Shown: positions 48,401 through 60,000 of the stretch, piece by piece | Numbering within the stretch: position 1 is the first letter of the stretch | Layout of the letters: the number at the start of each line of letters is the position of its first letter | Assembly (NCBI GenBank): GCA_000002435.2 | Contig: CM018793.1 | Source: Giardia intestinalis | Lineage: Eukaryota | Strand: one strand, 5' to 3' | DNA: 64,000 bases | Program-made: the position numbers and the translations under genes | The notes under the pieces: model-generated | What the model was told of the DNA's origin: nothing | Database searches by the model: none | Seen by the model: only the letters and a program-made list of their open reading frames with translations

Positions 48401-51164
48401 CCCCATCATTTCTAAGAACTTGAGGTCTCAGATGAGCACAGACACGGTCACTGCCGTCATCCAGTTTTCCTTGGTTCAGCTTCTTACGGACGACCTCCTC
48501 CCGGTCACCAAGGGAGTCTTCGCTAATTCCTTCAGAGAGAATTTGCTTTTGTACCTGAACTACACAACCCTCTACACAACCCAGAAGAGGCTTGCTGACG
48601 TCATATCTCGCGGGTACGGCACGTTCTTCAGCAACGTCCATGCACACAAGCAGTATGAGAAGGCCTGGAGCTCCCTCGTCAAGAACGTGAGTATAAAGCT
48701 TGACGACTTTGTGAAGGTCCGCGAAGCTATGATTAGCCACAACCACAGGGACTACGTAGAGAACATCTGCAAAGTGCGTACATCCAAGACTTTCATGGGC
48801 GATTGTGAGCATATCTTCTACAAAGCGCTCTGCTTGATGATCGACGACAGAAATCTGAAAGTGGTTGACCAGCTGTCCGACGAGGCTAGGAAATACTTGC
48901 ATCCGTTCGACCCCGACCAGCCCCAGGCACAGCGCGCCTTCGACACAGAAGGATTCAATAGGCTATTTGGGTGGATGATCCTCCTGTGTGAGTGCATCAT
49001 CAGCTATAGCGTTCTCGAGGAGGACGTCCTGGACTCCCCTGACCTTGGCTTCCTTTGTACAAAGCTGGACGACATAGAGAAGATCTTGGGTGCAGCCGGG
49101 CTGCTTTGCAAGGAAAAGGCTTGCACTTTGAACATCGGGGCGTTCATGACTTCTCTCAGGAGCATCTCTACAGGCAGTGGCCTCGCGGTTGCGCACCGGT
49201 CCCTCCTGATCATGCTGTCTACCTCGGTTGTGGTGACTGCCCACCTGGCGCCTGTCCCAGCCGAAAGGTCCAACGTCGATCTTAAGCCTCTGCAGCCCAG
49301 CTTCGTCAAATATGTGAAGGAGCACATCAGGGTGTACATGAGACACGCTTGCCCTGCCCCGGTTCCAATGAAGATGGCGCGGACGGGCATGGCGGCCAGA
49401 GCCTGTGCAGTAGATTCAGCCCAGCCTATGATGCTCTGCGCTGCATCGAATCGTGTTGTCCCAGAACGAGAGACGAAGCGCAAGAAGCTCGTTCGTGGCG
49501 GACGAGGAAATCAGCGTGTCTTTAAGCATGTGGACTATCTGGTTTCGATCATGGCTCGCTTTTATCGTGCCGCCAGCATGAAGCTAGCGATCACTGCGGG
49601 TGTTCTGCTCATTTCCAGCAACACAAATGCCTTTGTCTCCCCGCTGATCTCGATTTTACAGGCATCCGTTTTGAATGAGTCGGATGTCACCTCCGTGATC
49701 GAGTCGTTGGAGGCCATCACGGCCAAGTCCTTCTCCGTGGCATCTATGTCTATGATCGTCAAGATCATCACGCTCCCCGTTCTCCTGCAGCACCCGCGGG
49801 CTCCGGAGTTCTTGTTCAAGAAGGTCGTCTTCTCCCACTTCGACGTCGACCTTCTGCTTATCCGGTGCTGCATCATGCAGTTTAATACCGACCGCGCCAT
49901 GGAGGTCATCGAGCACTACATAGATAGGATCTCCAAGGGCTACCATAATGCGTGTGCAAATCCTGGCAAAGATGATGGAATTGTGGAGTCGCTCAAGATT
50001 GGAGCAACGGACAATATCACAGAGATCCCGCAGGATGATGACCTCGTTGCGTTGCCGAAGAACGTCGAGACCGCCCTGCGCTATATGGCCATTATTCCTA
50101 CCATGCTGAACCCGGAGATCCGTCCCCGTGGCTTCAGCGGGGACATCCTTCCCAAGAGCGACCAGGAGAAGTATCCCCTCATCGTCACCAAGGAGTCGAA
50201 GCGTGACGCCTTCATTGAGCCCGAGCGGATCCTCCGCCTCGTTCAGCTCACTGAGTTCTTGATAGATCTGCCCAATCCATTTAAGACGGGCCAAGTCGCC
50301 GAAATCAAGATGGCGTGGTTCGTCAACGCTGTTACACACGGCTACTTTAAGAAGTCTGTCATGGACACGGCGTTCACGTTTCTGGACAATTGCAACGGTA
50401 AGAGCCTGAAGTACCTGATACCAGGAGCATCCGAGGCGGAGCTCCGCTACCTCCATGAGAACATATCGGCGATCTCTGAAGCGAGTGTCCTCTGCGTCGC
50501 AAGCCTTGTTAGGGCTGGCGAGAAAGAAAAGGAGGACTTCGCCGCCGACAGGTTCATCAACAACATGAAGTTCATCGTCAGCACGGCCACCTCAGAACCG
50601 GATTACCGCGTAGACTCGTGCATCTTCACCTACTTCGATCTTGCTCGGGAACTGGTTCAGCGCCAGCAGGATGCCCACGGGTATTGCTGCGACGCGTGCG
50701 GCGGCGATCGCGTGCCGCATACAGAGTGCACGCTCTACAAGGACATGTGCTTTATGGTCCGACTGATTGAGTGGGCTGCTGAATACAGGACCTCGTTGCC
50801 GGACTTTGTTAAGTTCCGGACTCTCTACAAGAGTCTTCCCATAGACGAGATTGACGCGATGGGCTCGTTCGCCCTCGCGATCGTCAAGAACCACGAGGCC
50901 CCGGGTGAGTCTTCCTGCCTTAATGCCGTAAGCGCTGAATTGGCCAAGTTCGCGACCGCGGCCATCGCCATGGGCGTAAACATTCGTGTGGATAGGTCGT
51001 ACGTGAGTGTCTACACGCCTGTCGTCTATTCCGATGCACCTCTATTCACTCGCGGGATCTTTGCCAAAACCTTCAACCTGCATGACGCTATGAGTGACAT
51101 CTTAGCTCAAATGACTCTTGAGGAGAGGAGCAAGCTGTTTGCATACCTCTGTTACTGTTTGTAG
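45450..51164 (+). CDS. Large hypothetical protein (1904 aa).
   Basis: Uninterrupted ORF. Start 'caatcataaATG'. Stop in AGTGAAT. Confidence 0.65.
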   Translation: MSGTRLRTAPSYTPEDLASVIAGTASDAVIKAVLNTAVAKRELDVLERLRAEGPFSIQRCAERRLKVPAIAKLIRNSGAAPPPSLPSFDSFTGNFNPSIFKRAVKSFYRQTRQLPCEALYSVYFIQGSFAVFPRCFEAGFQAFMLNKLSLALDDYRAKFTLDETQTAESSDALVRLRNICAYYEKLYSLEGIRIYCSAPSQGVPLSREQRKACSRQEFANFKDPLAVRQCKYPHELILEKLPTKAFLTILSGSSYPSIPFVKQAASMNPVKTLLLLGVLSEPNGTEAPRVNFSIFDMRLRDDLVVYAANDRGFKLAYSYHNLTHWWINTYLIELLDTGLMKNLVNSGYFDLETVFVLTFMKHRDPTEIGPSLDLLTSYFAKVSQGLIPFFSGDMIEVDRTLRGGEKADPHHVLDKMVSSTAKLLLIFLEYMVCWTLGIGRKQLLSEQDLAALKPEEVYTCVSTSTILSAFMAKTKSLASAQSAFTLYILAHQVAVLHKAQGMDCPKIISNLSLQQYIEKSHLLTNKDAHIRSSVLVSLCRHCEAFASMARITASCKQLHKVFLDEAHETATYIRSIVDKFLKDKEALSNASNYLNSRFDSDEAVYNLFYVARLHDVLFRLCPEKASTEFFTRALRVYLRFSGDGSISISDSYSVLCKISTRWQEKLQGTMDPSYKYTPTHYPSGCLVSVEYPHHVDQLTYDTLSSEIRSALSCEDLSLLSPVDMSRYIAPRIEPSAFYVGPGYMYRRHHPVVAVPLLSASSADSVLLSVPLRVAPRDPTKKAATPSLSEKTEKILQGLSYLLFRDRFAGLKKSLQHLVLHKDVLAPAVNGGAPVAERLFQYVQSLHSYVTRLLGTLARVPIYDKSMLICHNKDLTEEQALSLATRASAIVLNYSNRNLKDLQSVLEKYISVFFETTLSIKSVSEHIVKPISLLIPSNDMKVSLQRKHNQLLRAQDPYFASPPTNVQIRFDFKGTEEYYKTLMSLPIISKNLRSQMSTDTVTAVIQFSLVQLLTDDLLPVTKGVFANSFRENLLLYLNYTTLYTTQKRLADVISRGYGTFFSNVHAHKQYEKAWSSLVKNVSIKLDDFVKVREAMISHNHRDYVENICKVRTSKTFMGDCEHIFYKALCLMIDDRNLKVVDQLSDEARKYLHPFDPDQPQAQRAFDTEGFNRLFGWMILLCECIISYSVLEEDVLDSPDLGFLCTKLDDIEKILGAAGLLCKEKACTLNIGAFMTSLRSISTGSGLAVAHRSLLIMLSTSVVVTAHLAPVPAERSNVDLKPLQPSFVKYVKEHIRVYMRHACPAPVPMKMARTGMAARACAVDSAQPMMLCAASNRVVPERETKRKKLVRGGRGNQRVFKHVDYLVSIMARFYRAASMKLAITAGVLLISSNTNAFVSPLISILQASVLNESDVTSVIESLEAITAKSFSVASMSMIVKIITLPVLLQHPRAPEFLFKKVVFSHFDVDLLLIRCCIMQFNTDRAMEVIEHYIDRISKGYHNACANPGKDDGIVESLKIGATDNITEIPQDDDLVALPKNVETALRYMAIIPTMLNPEIRPRGFSGDILPKSDQEKYPLIVTKESKRDAFIEPERILRLVQLTEFLIDLPNPFKTGQVAEIKMAWFVNAVTHGYFKKSVMDTAFTFLDNCNGKSLKYLIPGASEAELRYLHENISAISEASVLCVASLVRAGEKEKEDFAADRFINNMKFIVSTATSEPDYRVDSCIFTYFDLARELVQRQQDAHGYCCDACGGDRVPHTECTLYKDMCFMVRLIEWAAEYRTSLPDFVKFRTLYKSLPIDEIDAMGSFALAIVKNHEAPGESSCLNAVSAELAKFATAAIAMGVNIRVDRSYVSVYTPVVYSDAPLFTRGIFAKTFNLHDAMSDILAQMTLEERSKLFAYLCYCL

Positions 51165-51170
51165 TGAATC

Positions 51171-53501
51171 CTATGGTTCGTCGCTGGAGTAGTAGTCCGA
51201 GCTTTCTTCCTCGGAGCTCGAGACCCAGCCCCTGTAGCGCCACACAGCTGGGTTCTTCTTCCTTCTGCCGCCTGTCTTGCGTCGTGCTGCCTTGGATGTT
51301 TTGGCTATGTCGACCAGCTGGATGGCGAGCTGTGCATAATCTTTGTCGTAGATAGGCAGCCTGTGCCCTTGTTCGTCTGTGGCCGGTTTGCTGTGCGCCA
51401 TCTGATCTAGTAGCGCTCCTCTATCCACGTGGCCGTGTGGCTGTTCTCCTCCTGGAGCTGAAACAGCAGCAGGCGACAGTAGTGGAGGTGGCGAGGTGTC
51501 TCTGAGCCTTTTCCGCGATCTGGTATGCCGCGGCGCCTCAGGAGTGTTCAATTGCTGCTGAATCTCTGTGTCTGCACCCAGCTCTGCCTTCAGCAACTCC
51601 AGGTCTAAGTCTGCTTCTGTAAAAAAGAGAGGAGAGGGCGGTACAAAGTGATAGTCGTAGAGCCGCCTACTAAGCACGAAGCACGGCACCATAGCAAGCT
51701 TTCTACCGCTGCCATTCACTTCTTCGCTGGCTGCAGAGGCACCCAAGAAGAGCTGCATGACATCTTTATAGCTGGAGTGCTTGACAACAGGCTTCTTCGG
51801 GGCAGCAAAGTAGCGATGATTAACGCCCGACTCTGCCGTGGAGCTATTAAGCCGCGTCTTGTAAACATAGTAAAGGCGCTTGTACTGCTCCTTTGCTAGC
51901 TGCTGCTCCCTTTGGAGAGAGGCCAGGGACAGCTTTACAATATCCTGTATGTACTTACGCTCGGACTCGCCTATGTATGTCTTGCAGCATGTTGGCGGCA
52001 GGGTCAAAAAGAGATACTGATAGAACGCTCCGAATGCACAAAGCATGTCCCCATGGGGAGACCACGACACACAAGTTAGAAAAGCTGTTTGGTAGCTCTC
52101 TCCCTTGAACACGGCTATGCAAGAAAAGTCCTGGGTAGTATAAAAGTGAACGTCACAGCCTGCGACGATGGCAAAGATCATGCTGTAAGGAAGCCCAGAG
52201 TAGTTTGGAATTCCCGGACACAGCTCATAAAGATGTGGTGAGAAGGCAACGTCTACAGACGGAAAGCGGTGTCCGGGCAAGACAATGTCAGGAGCCATGG
52301 ACTTGTCTCTGTCCAGGAGAAGAGACTGACGAGACAGGACATACGAGCAGAAGGTGTACCCCAGTATATCGTCTTCCCGGTTGTCTGGTACAACTGGGAG
52401 GAATCCGCAGGTAGCAACAAGGAACGACCCGTCTGGAGAGTATGCACAGCCGCGTCGGTAGAGAGATATGGCGTACATGGTCCGCAAAGAGCGCCGTTCC
52501 TGATTCATGGCCTTTTCAGGTCCACGTTCCAGAAAAAGACTGACAGTGGAGGGAGAGGTGGCGTGTTCAGAAAGACTCTTGGATCCTTGGGTAAGCAAAG
52601 CCATCTGAGCCCTGGCAAGTTCTTCAGGCTGTTGAGGTGGATTTATTATTCCCCCACTATCATCTCGCAAGAAGCAATCTCTGAGATATCTTTCATATTC
52701 ACCGGGAGTAGTCATGCGCCCGAAGGCTAGGAACTCTCCCAGAAGCTTTATATCCACTGAAGACACTTTGGATCTGAGAGAGTAGGACGCGTGTCCGTTC
52801 TTAGTGCGTGTTCGAAGAATGAGAAATAGGGACGACAGAGATTGAGCAGCTAGGATGGATCCACAAGGGGACCACGATATGCTCAGGAGTTGTGACGAGC
52901 TAACTTTGACTGTTTGTGGATTTGAGTCCCGCGGACGCTCGTCGCTGACTGAGTTGTAAAAGAGGTTGTCTGTACAAACTGGGATAATAGTGATCGTTCC
53001 GTTTCCTCCAGCGAGTGCAATCGACGTTCCATCCGGAGACCACACGATGCTCGTGGGCCAAGTATCTATCAAGAAGCGTCGGAAGTGCGTCAGCATATTG
53101 CCCTCGGAGTCAGACAGCACAGAAAAATCACTGGGGAGGATGGCAGCAGAAGTAGGCACTAGGTTAGGAAGAGTTTCAAGGCCCTGGATCTCGGCCGTGC
53201 TCGGCCGGAAGTGGTAGACCAAGAGCTTGTATGATTCAGAGTCACAGCCCGCCACAGCCAAAAATCTGCCGCTGGGAGAGAAGCGCAAGGCCTCGACAGA
53301 GTTCAGAGGGAGTACCTCTTCGAGGGAGACCTCAAACATGTTCTCGTCTGGGCCGCACTGAGAGCGTCTGCACACAAACTTGACCGCTCCAGACTCCTTG
53401 TATATTCCACCGGCAGCTAGGACGCAGAGCTGCGGGTGAAAATCTATGTGCTTTGCAATGATGTTGTCCTTGGGATCCAGCCCAAGGTTGTAGGCGTCCA
53501 T
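51171..53501 (-). CDS. WD-repeat-like protein (776 aa) with a basic/acidic C-terminal tail.
   Basis: 'IVWSPDGTSIALAG', 'ISWSPCGSILAAQS', 'VSWSPHGDMLCAFG' blades. Start 'aaaaatttcgATG'. Confidence 0.6.
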   Translation of the reverse strand: MDAYNLGLDPKDNIIAKHIDFHPQLCVLAAGGIYKESGAVKFVCRRSQCGPDENMFEVSLEEVLPLNSVEALRFSPSGRFLAVAGCDSESYKLLVYHFRPSTAEIQGLETLPNLVPTSAAILPSDFSVLSDSEGNMLTHFRRFLIDTWPTSIVWSPDGTSIALAGGNGTITIIPVCTDNLFYNSVSDERPRDSNPQTVKVSSSQLLSISWSPCGSILAAQSLSSLFLILRTRTKNGHASYSLRSKVSSVDIKLLGEFLAFGRMTTPGEYERYLRDCFLRDDSGGIINPPQQPEELARAQMALLTQGSKSLSEHATSPSTVSLFLERGPEKAMNQERRSLRTMYAISLYRRGCAYSPDGSFLVATCGFLPVVPDNREDDILGYTFCSYVLSRQSLLLDRDKSMAPDIVLPGHRFPSVDVAFSPHLYELCPGIPNYSGLPYSMIFAIVAGCDVHFYTTQDFSCIAVFKGESYQTAFLTCVSWSPHGDMLCAFGAFYQYLFLTLPPTCCKTYIGESERKYIQDIVKLSLASLQREQQLAKEQYKRLYYVYKTRLNSSTAESGVNHRYFAAPKKPVVKHSSYKDVMQLFLGASAASEEVNGSGRKLAMVPCFVLSRRLYDYHFVPPSPLFFTEADLDLELLKAELGADTEIQQQLNTPEAPRHTRSRKRLRDTSPPPLLSPAAVSAPGGEQPHGHVDRGALLDQMAHSKPATDEQGHRLPIYDKDYAQLAIQLVDIAKTSKAARRKTGGRRKKNPAVWRYRGWVSSSEEESSDYYSSDEP

Positions 53502-54007
53502 CGAAATTTTTAAAATGGCACCCCAATGAGGTCATCGAGGCACAACGGCTTCACTGGCTGTCATCGCTCTATGTGGGGACGTGTCCCGCCACAGCTGCCA
53601 AAACTCTAGCTCTCCGTGCCAACCAGCTTTTGAGGTAAAGAGTGACTTGACAGGAGCTAAGAACTGGGACAAAAGATGGTCTACGTTGGTCAATAACTAA
53701 TCCGTATAAGAATATAATCAAGGTAGGCAGAGTGTTGAGCCTCCAAGAAAGCTGTCGGAATGGAGCACTACTGTAGATCTAATGACGCGTGTTCCTATAC
53801 CCGGCGCACGACGCCTGGTGGCAACAGTTGACCGCGTCTAACTGTGTTGCAAAATTTATAAGGAAAAGATGTTGATACATATTCAGTTTAAGTTGGTACG
53901 CTGTTGTGGCTGTAGTCCCATGCAGTTATTAATTAGATGGCTGAGATAATCATAATTGACCCAAAACCTTTTAACTGAAATTCCCATTCCAAATAATTAA
54001 ACTGGCC

Positions 54008-57000
54008 ATGCTTTTTGCGGCGTTGGCGGTCCTGTTTAGCTCTGCGTCCTCTCCGGGATGCATAGATCCTACACAGAACCCAGACGGCGAGTACGAGTGC
54101 CAGCACGGAGGCGTCTGCACGAGGTTCGAGACGCTTCTCAGCTCCGGCTTTATCTGCGACTGTCCTCGCGGGTCCTTCGGCCGCGCATGTAACTTCTGCG
54201 ACCGGTCATTCATGCTCATCAATGATCGGTGTGTCAGCCCCGCTTGCGTCCTTGATGGTGTGAGCGTTTGCGGGGGCAGCGGCGAGTGCCTCTACACCGA
54301 GGACACAGACTCATGGTCGTGTTCGTGCAGAGATGGATTCGTTAACATCGCAGGGACGTGCGTCTCCTCCTCATGCATTAATCCAGAGAGTCCGGATCTC
54401 ATTTGCAGCGGCAACGGCAGCTGTAGGTCTCTTCCAGGTGGGGAAACAGGCGATGACTATCTCTGCGACTGTAACGATCTCCACTTGGGCGACCATTGTG
54501 AGGCATGTAATCGCAGAACGTCTAAGCCCGTGACTACAAACGGGGTGACAGAGTGTGTTTCCCTGGAATGCTTTACTGAAGATGAGGAGCTACCCTGCGG
54601 CGGTCACGGACACTGTGGCAGCTACCCTGTCGATGGGAAACTCTCCTATACTTGCATGTGCGGGTTTGGATACTCTCTCGTGAACAAGACATGTGTAGCA
54701 TCATCGTGTATTTTTGAATACAGTAACGGACATCATGTCTGCGGCTACGACGACTCCTTCAAGACGGCGTGCGTAGAAAGTGCCCAAGGTGAGTGGTCCT
54801 GTAGATGCCCGTCCGACACTACATTCATGGACGGCTATGGCTGTGTTTCTAGCCAGTGCATCGAGAATAGTGGCGAGCCTCCATGCGGTGGCGTTGGTGG
54901 ATGTTATGTATTCCAGATTAGCGGTGAGACGAAGACGTACAAGTGTCAATGCCCGCATTACACTGTTGGAAACTTTTGCAAGACTTGTTCTCCTAACGAG
55001 GCAACGAACATAGACGGTGTTTGCGTTCCTAATGATTGTATTTATGGCAACACATCGTGTAATGACCACGGGGTGTGTCATAGTCTTTTAGTTCATAGCT
55101 TCTGCGAATGTGAGTCGGAATTTGACACTGTTGATGAGATGAAGCACTACTGCGGGATACCGGAGTGCCATGACCCCAACACAAAGATGCTTTGCTCCGG
55201 GGCTGGTGCGTGTAACGAGCAAACGCGGGTCTGCGTGTGCATCAACGGTTTTCAGTATCAATCATATGGCGGCTGTGTTCCTGATAAACTAATTAACGAG
55301 AATGGTGTTTGCAATGGGCGCGGAACGGCCTCCCTGAAGGACCCGTGGGACCTTCCTGCCAACGAAAAGCTTAATGCCACAAACCCCGAGCATTGGATCT
55401 GCGTGTGTGGTACTCTATACACTGGCGAAACTTGTGACCAATGCAACCCATCAACATCCTTCACGCCAACAGCTTCCCCACCAGAATCACAACCTACGGG
55501 TGCTCCTCCTCAACTACCAACTTGCACGCCTCGTGATTGTTATAATGATGGGTATGAGTTGAAGGATCCTGATCCTCCTGTCGATCCTAATCAGCCGTCT
55601 GATCCTACTTATATCGATCAGCCTACTAAGCTATGCACGAATCCTTTACAGGAGAATAACAGTCCCTTGGGTACGTGTGAGAGCTACAAGATAGAGGACG
55701 AAGACATGTTCATATGCACCTCGAACGATCCGAATCAGTACCAGCAGGCCTATAATTCTTCCTCCATCTATCCCGTCGCCTGTACGACACCGGGACAGCA
55801 TTACGTTCGCCAAAATTTCATGTGCGGGCTTCTACAGGGCAAAACAGCTCCTCTTGAGATCAGGATGGTTAGCTGTAGCACTACCGAAACCAACGGTTAC
55901 AACTGTACGTGCAATGGAGAGTACAACTGGGTTAGCAGGACGATCAATGGCGTGATACACTACAGCTGTATGCACGACGAGTGTCTTAACGATGGGGCTA
56001 CTTCCGGGTCTTCAGACATTAACGACTATTGCTCCGGGCTGGGCGATTGCATACTGGATCTTACTGGAACAACTCACACTTGCGCCTGCAGCGCCAACGC
56101 CGTGTTCTACAAGAATAAGTGCATTCCAAGAGCGTGTGTTTCTGGGTGGAAAGATGAGCAGACGCCAATCATATGCGGCGGCCGTGGAACCTGCACACAC
56201 TGGGGAGACGGCGACTGGGGCTGCAAGTGCATGGATGTCGATCACTATACTTACGTGAGCGGGGGCTGCTATCCGAATTCTTGTGTCTATCTCTGGCAAA
56301 ATCCTACCGATGGCGCCTCATACATCCAACTCTGCGGTGGTGATAGCGTGGTTGCAGGGGGCACGTGCATCGTTGACGAGGCTGATCCTTCGAAGTCCTA
56401 TTGTGAGTGCAATGCCGACTTCGTGAGATATGGGCAGACGTGTGTGCATAAGAAGTGCACATCTGTGGATTATCACAACGACTTTCAGGTAACCCCCGAC
56501 TCCATCTGTTCTGGAAACGGCTACTGTCTGTTCAACTCCCGTACCAATATGTCCACCTGCTTCTGCACGAAGGGGACTGCCTACGGTCCATTTTGCTCCG
56601 TCGAACCATGCATTACGAATATTGAGTATGAGTTTGGAGATACTTGGGGTGAGATAACTCTGAATTGCGGAAGGCCTGGGGCCGGCGTTTGTAACATCAC
56701 TGGGGAGTCCACCGGCGAATGCTCATGCAATCCCGATTATGAGCTTTTGCCACCAACTTCTGAGCATCCAGAACTGGCCAAAATTTGCGTCAATACAGGG
56801 TGCATCGACAATGGAGTATACTGTGGCGGAGACCTGGCCGCAGTTTGTGGTATATCCAGAGCCGTGGCTACGTGCCTATGCAGCCAGGCATTCGAGGCCG
56901 TGAACAACACATGTGTGCCGAAGATGTGCTATGCGCCGAATCCAGACGGGATGATGGCCGTCTGTGGCGGCGTGGGAACGTGCGAAAAGGAATCAGGCTC

Positions 57001-60000
57001 TAATGTGTACTCTTGCAAGTGCCCCACGAGCGGCTACACAGCTGCTCAGATGAAATATAACGGTAACACAGTCTGGACTTGCGCCCCGCAGAGCTGCGTC
57101 AATGGCACAGACAGTAGCGCCACAGTGTGTGGAGGAACTACTGGGGGGTCTTGCGTAGGCTCCGGCGGGCAGTATCGCTGTTCATGTAGTGACGGATTCT
57201 TCCTTATCACCCCCACCCAGTGCGTCAGCAACAATTGCCTCTCGCAGAATATGAATGGTCAGATTTCCGTTTGCAGCGGGGTAGGAACGTGTTCTGAGAG
57301 TACAATGGGCATGTTCACTGAGTACTACTGTACTGGCTGTACTACTGGTTTCAAAGCTATAGATGGAAAATGCGTCAGCGAGAGCTGCTACTTCCAAATC
57401 GATTCCCTGAGCAAGTACTACGTTTGTGGAAAGCTGGGCAACTTCGGCGAGTGCGTGGGGACGGGTTCGGGATTCACCTGCTCTTGCTCCTACGGCTTTT
57501 TCCTAGCCGAGAAATACTGCGTCCCTAATCAGTGCACAGATAACCGCAGACACCCGGCAGAGTGTGGGGGCCATGGCGAATGCAAGCTTAAGAGCCTGGC
57601 CGAGTTCACCTGCGTTTGTAATGCCAACTATGAAACTGTCGACACCGATGAGCTTGGACTTCACTATTGTGTCGCCCAAGCTTGCATGGTGAAGGATAAC
57701 GGAGTTGTTACATCCATATGTAATGGTCATGGCTTGTGCAGGAAAGATAGGTGTTCCTGTTATGAAGGATATGCAGACGATCCATCTGCATCAACTAATG
57801 ATCCAACAGGAAACTGTACGGTTTGTGCTACTGGTTATAAAGAGTATCCTGCTCCTAACACTCTCACCGCCATCGCAGCCAACGCAAACTGCGTCAAAAA
57901 TAACTGCGGCCGGTCGACTCAAGACGATGACTGCGGCGGGTCCACTGTTGCCAATAATCCCTCCTGTGTGTACTCGTCTAAGACTTCGACCTATGAGTGC
58001 TCTTGCAAGACAGGCCACTACTCTAACAATGGAATTTGTAAGGTCTCCAGCTGTACGGACGGCGACTCCACTGTAGAGTGCGGTGGCTCTCAATTTGGCA
58101 CGTGTGATAACACAAACAATATATGCACGTGCGTCTCTGGGATGGTTTTGGTCAAGCCGTACCTTTGTGTCTCCCCGCGCTGCATCTCCAACAGTGCAAC
58201 GAACGAGGTCTGCAATGGGCACGGAACCTGCGCAATAAATCCTCGCACGCAGATAGCCGCCTGTAGGTGTACTGACGACTACGTTACAGCCAGGGACGGT
58301 CTGTGCTACCTCAGCACTTGCTTCAACGATCCCGAGCATTCTCAGCCAGTGGTTTGTGACGGTGCTGACAACAGCTGCAATACAGGAGGTGAATGCTCTT
58401 GCACACCGCCGTTCGTTAAATTCGCTGGCCAGAACGGGTGCGTGCATAGCAATTGTATCCAGAACGGGGTCGTTTGTGGAGGTCGCGGCGTGTGCCGTGC
58501 AAACCTTCTTTACACGCAGTACTCGTGTTTCTGCAATGATGAGTACATCCTAGCGTCAGACGGAACATGCCAGCCTAGGTCCTGCTCCCGAGACGGGGTG
58601 ACCGTCTGCGACAACAACGGCACCTGCGAGGCGGATGCAAGTGGCTCGACATATAGCTGTAAGTGCAATGGTACAACTATACTCTACATGAATGGCTGCG
58701 TTCCACGCGCCTGTTTCCCGCAATACAATCCTCGAGCATCTCTTTGCGGAGGAAATGGTCTATGTGATATGTCATCTGGGATGTGCCAATGCAATAGCGA
58801 CGCGTCGCTTACGGACGAACTTCTCTGCCAGCCAACCGACTGCGTTAATCCTCAGTACTCGGCAACAGTGTGCACGAATAACGGAGTGTGCAATTCTGTC
58901 AGCAACGTTTGTTTGTGTGTCGAGGGAAGCTCTGGGAAGTACTGTGAGTCGTGTGCCTCCGGATATAAGAAGTACACTAGTAACGACGAGTACAACGGCA
59001 GGTGCGTCAAGGACTCCTGCGGAAGCAAGAATTGTGGGACCCCAGGAAAATGCATCTTCGACTCCGACATCATCGAATATCGCTGCCTATGCAATGACGG
59101 GTTCTACTACAGCACATCCGAGCAGGAGTGCCGCCGATGCCTCATGGATAACTGCGTTACCTGCAACGGGGAGTCTTCATGCGCCGTTTGCGAGGATGGC
59201 TATTATTCCAACGGAGGGCGCTGCAGGGAGTGCGACGATGATTGTCGGACCTGCTCAGGACCAGAGGAGAGCCATTGCTTGAGTTGCATGCCGGGGAAGG
59301 TCCATAGCACAGGGGTCGGTCCCGCAAATTGCATTGACGAGTGCAAGGAGAATGAGGACGGATGCGCGACGTGTGGCTCGGTGATTGCGGGAAGCAGGTA
59401 TTGCTCCGTCTGTCGTGGACAGACCAGCTTCCCTCTCGAGGGTACCTGCCATGCGAAGACCTCCCGGGCCGGCGACGCCTGCGAGAGCGTCGTGGCAGGC
59501 AGGTGCACCAGGTGCTTGGGAAACTACTTCCTTTACGAAGGCGGATGTTATAGTAGCAGTCGTCTTCCTGGGAGCCAAGTGTGTTCCGTGGTTCTCGGGG
59601 GCAACTGCCTGAAGTGTGCCGACGGGTACTATAAGGCCGGGAGCGACGTCGAGCACGCATGCGTGTCATGCGATGGTCTGATGGAAGGATGCACTAAGTG
59701 CATGGCAAGCGGTTGCACAGAGTGCAAGGCTGGGTACTATCCAGACACTTCCAATGGACGGTGCATGGAGTGCGCCAGCCCATGCAAGACGTGTAACGGC
59801 GCTGGCGGTCGGTGCACATCCTGCGCGAAAGGATATTTCGCTCAGTTCATGGCCGATGATCTGAACAACTACGGTGAGTGCCGGAATTGTAGCAACACCA
59901 CCGCAGACAACGGGCTGGTTGGTGTGAGGAATTGCAAGGAGTGCGTCGTTTTTGCAGTCGGATCCCTTTCGCAACCGGAGATGGTCCACTGTAGCGAATT

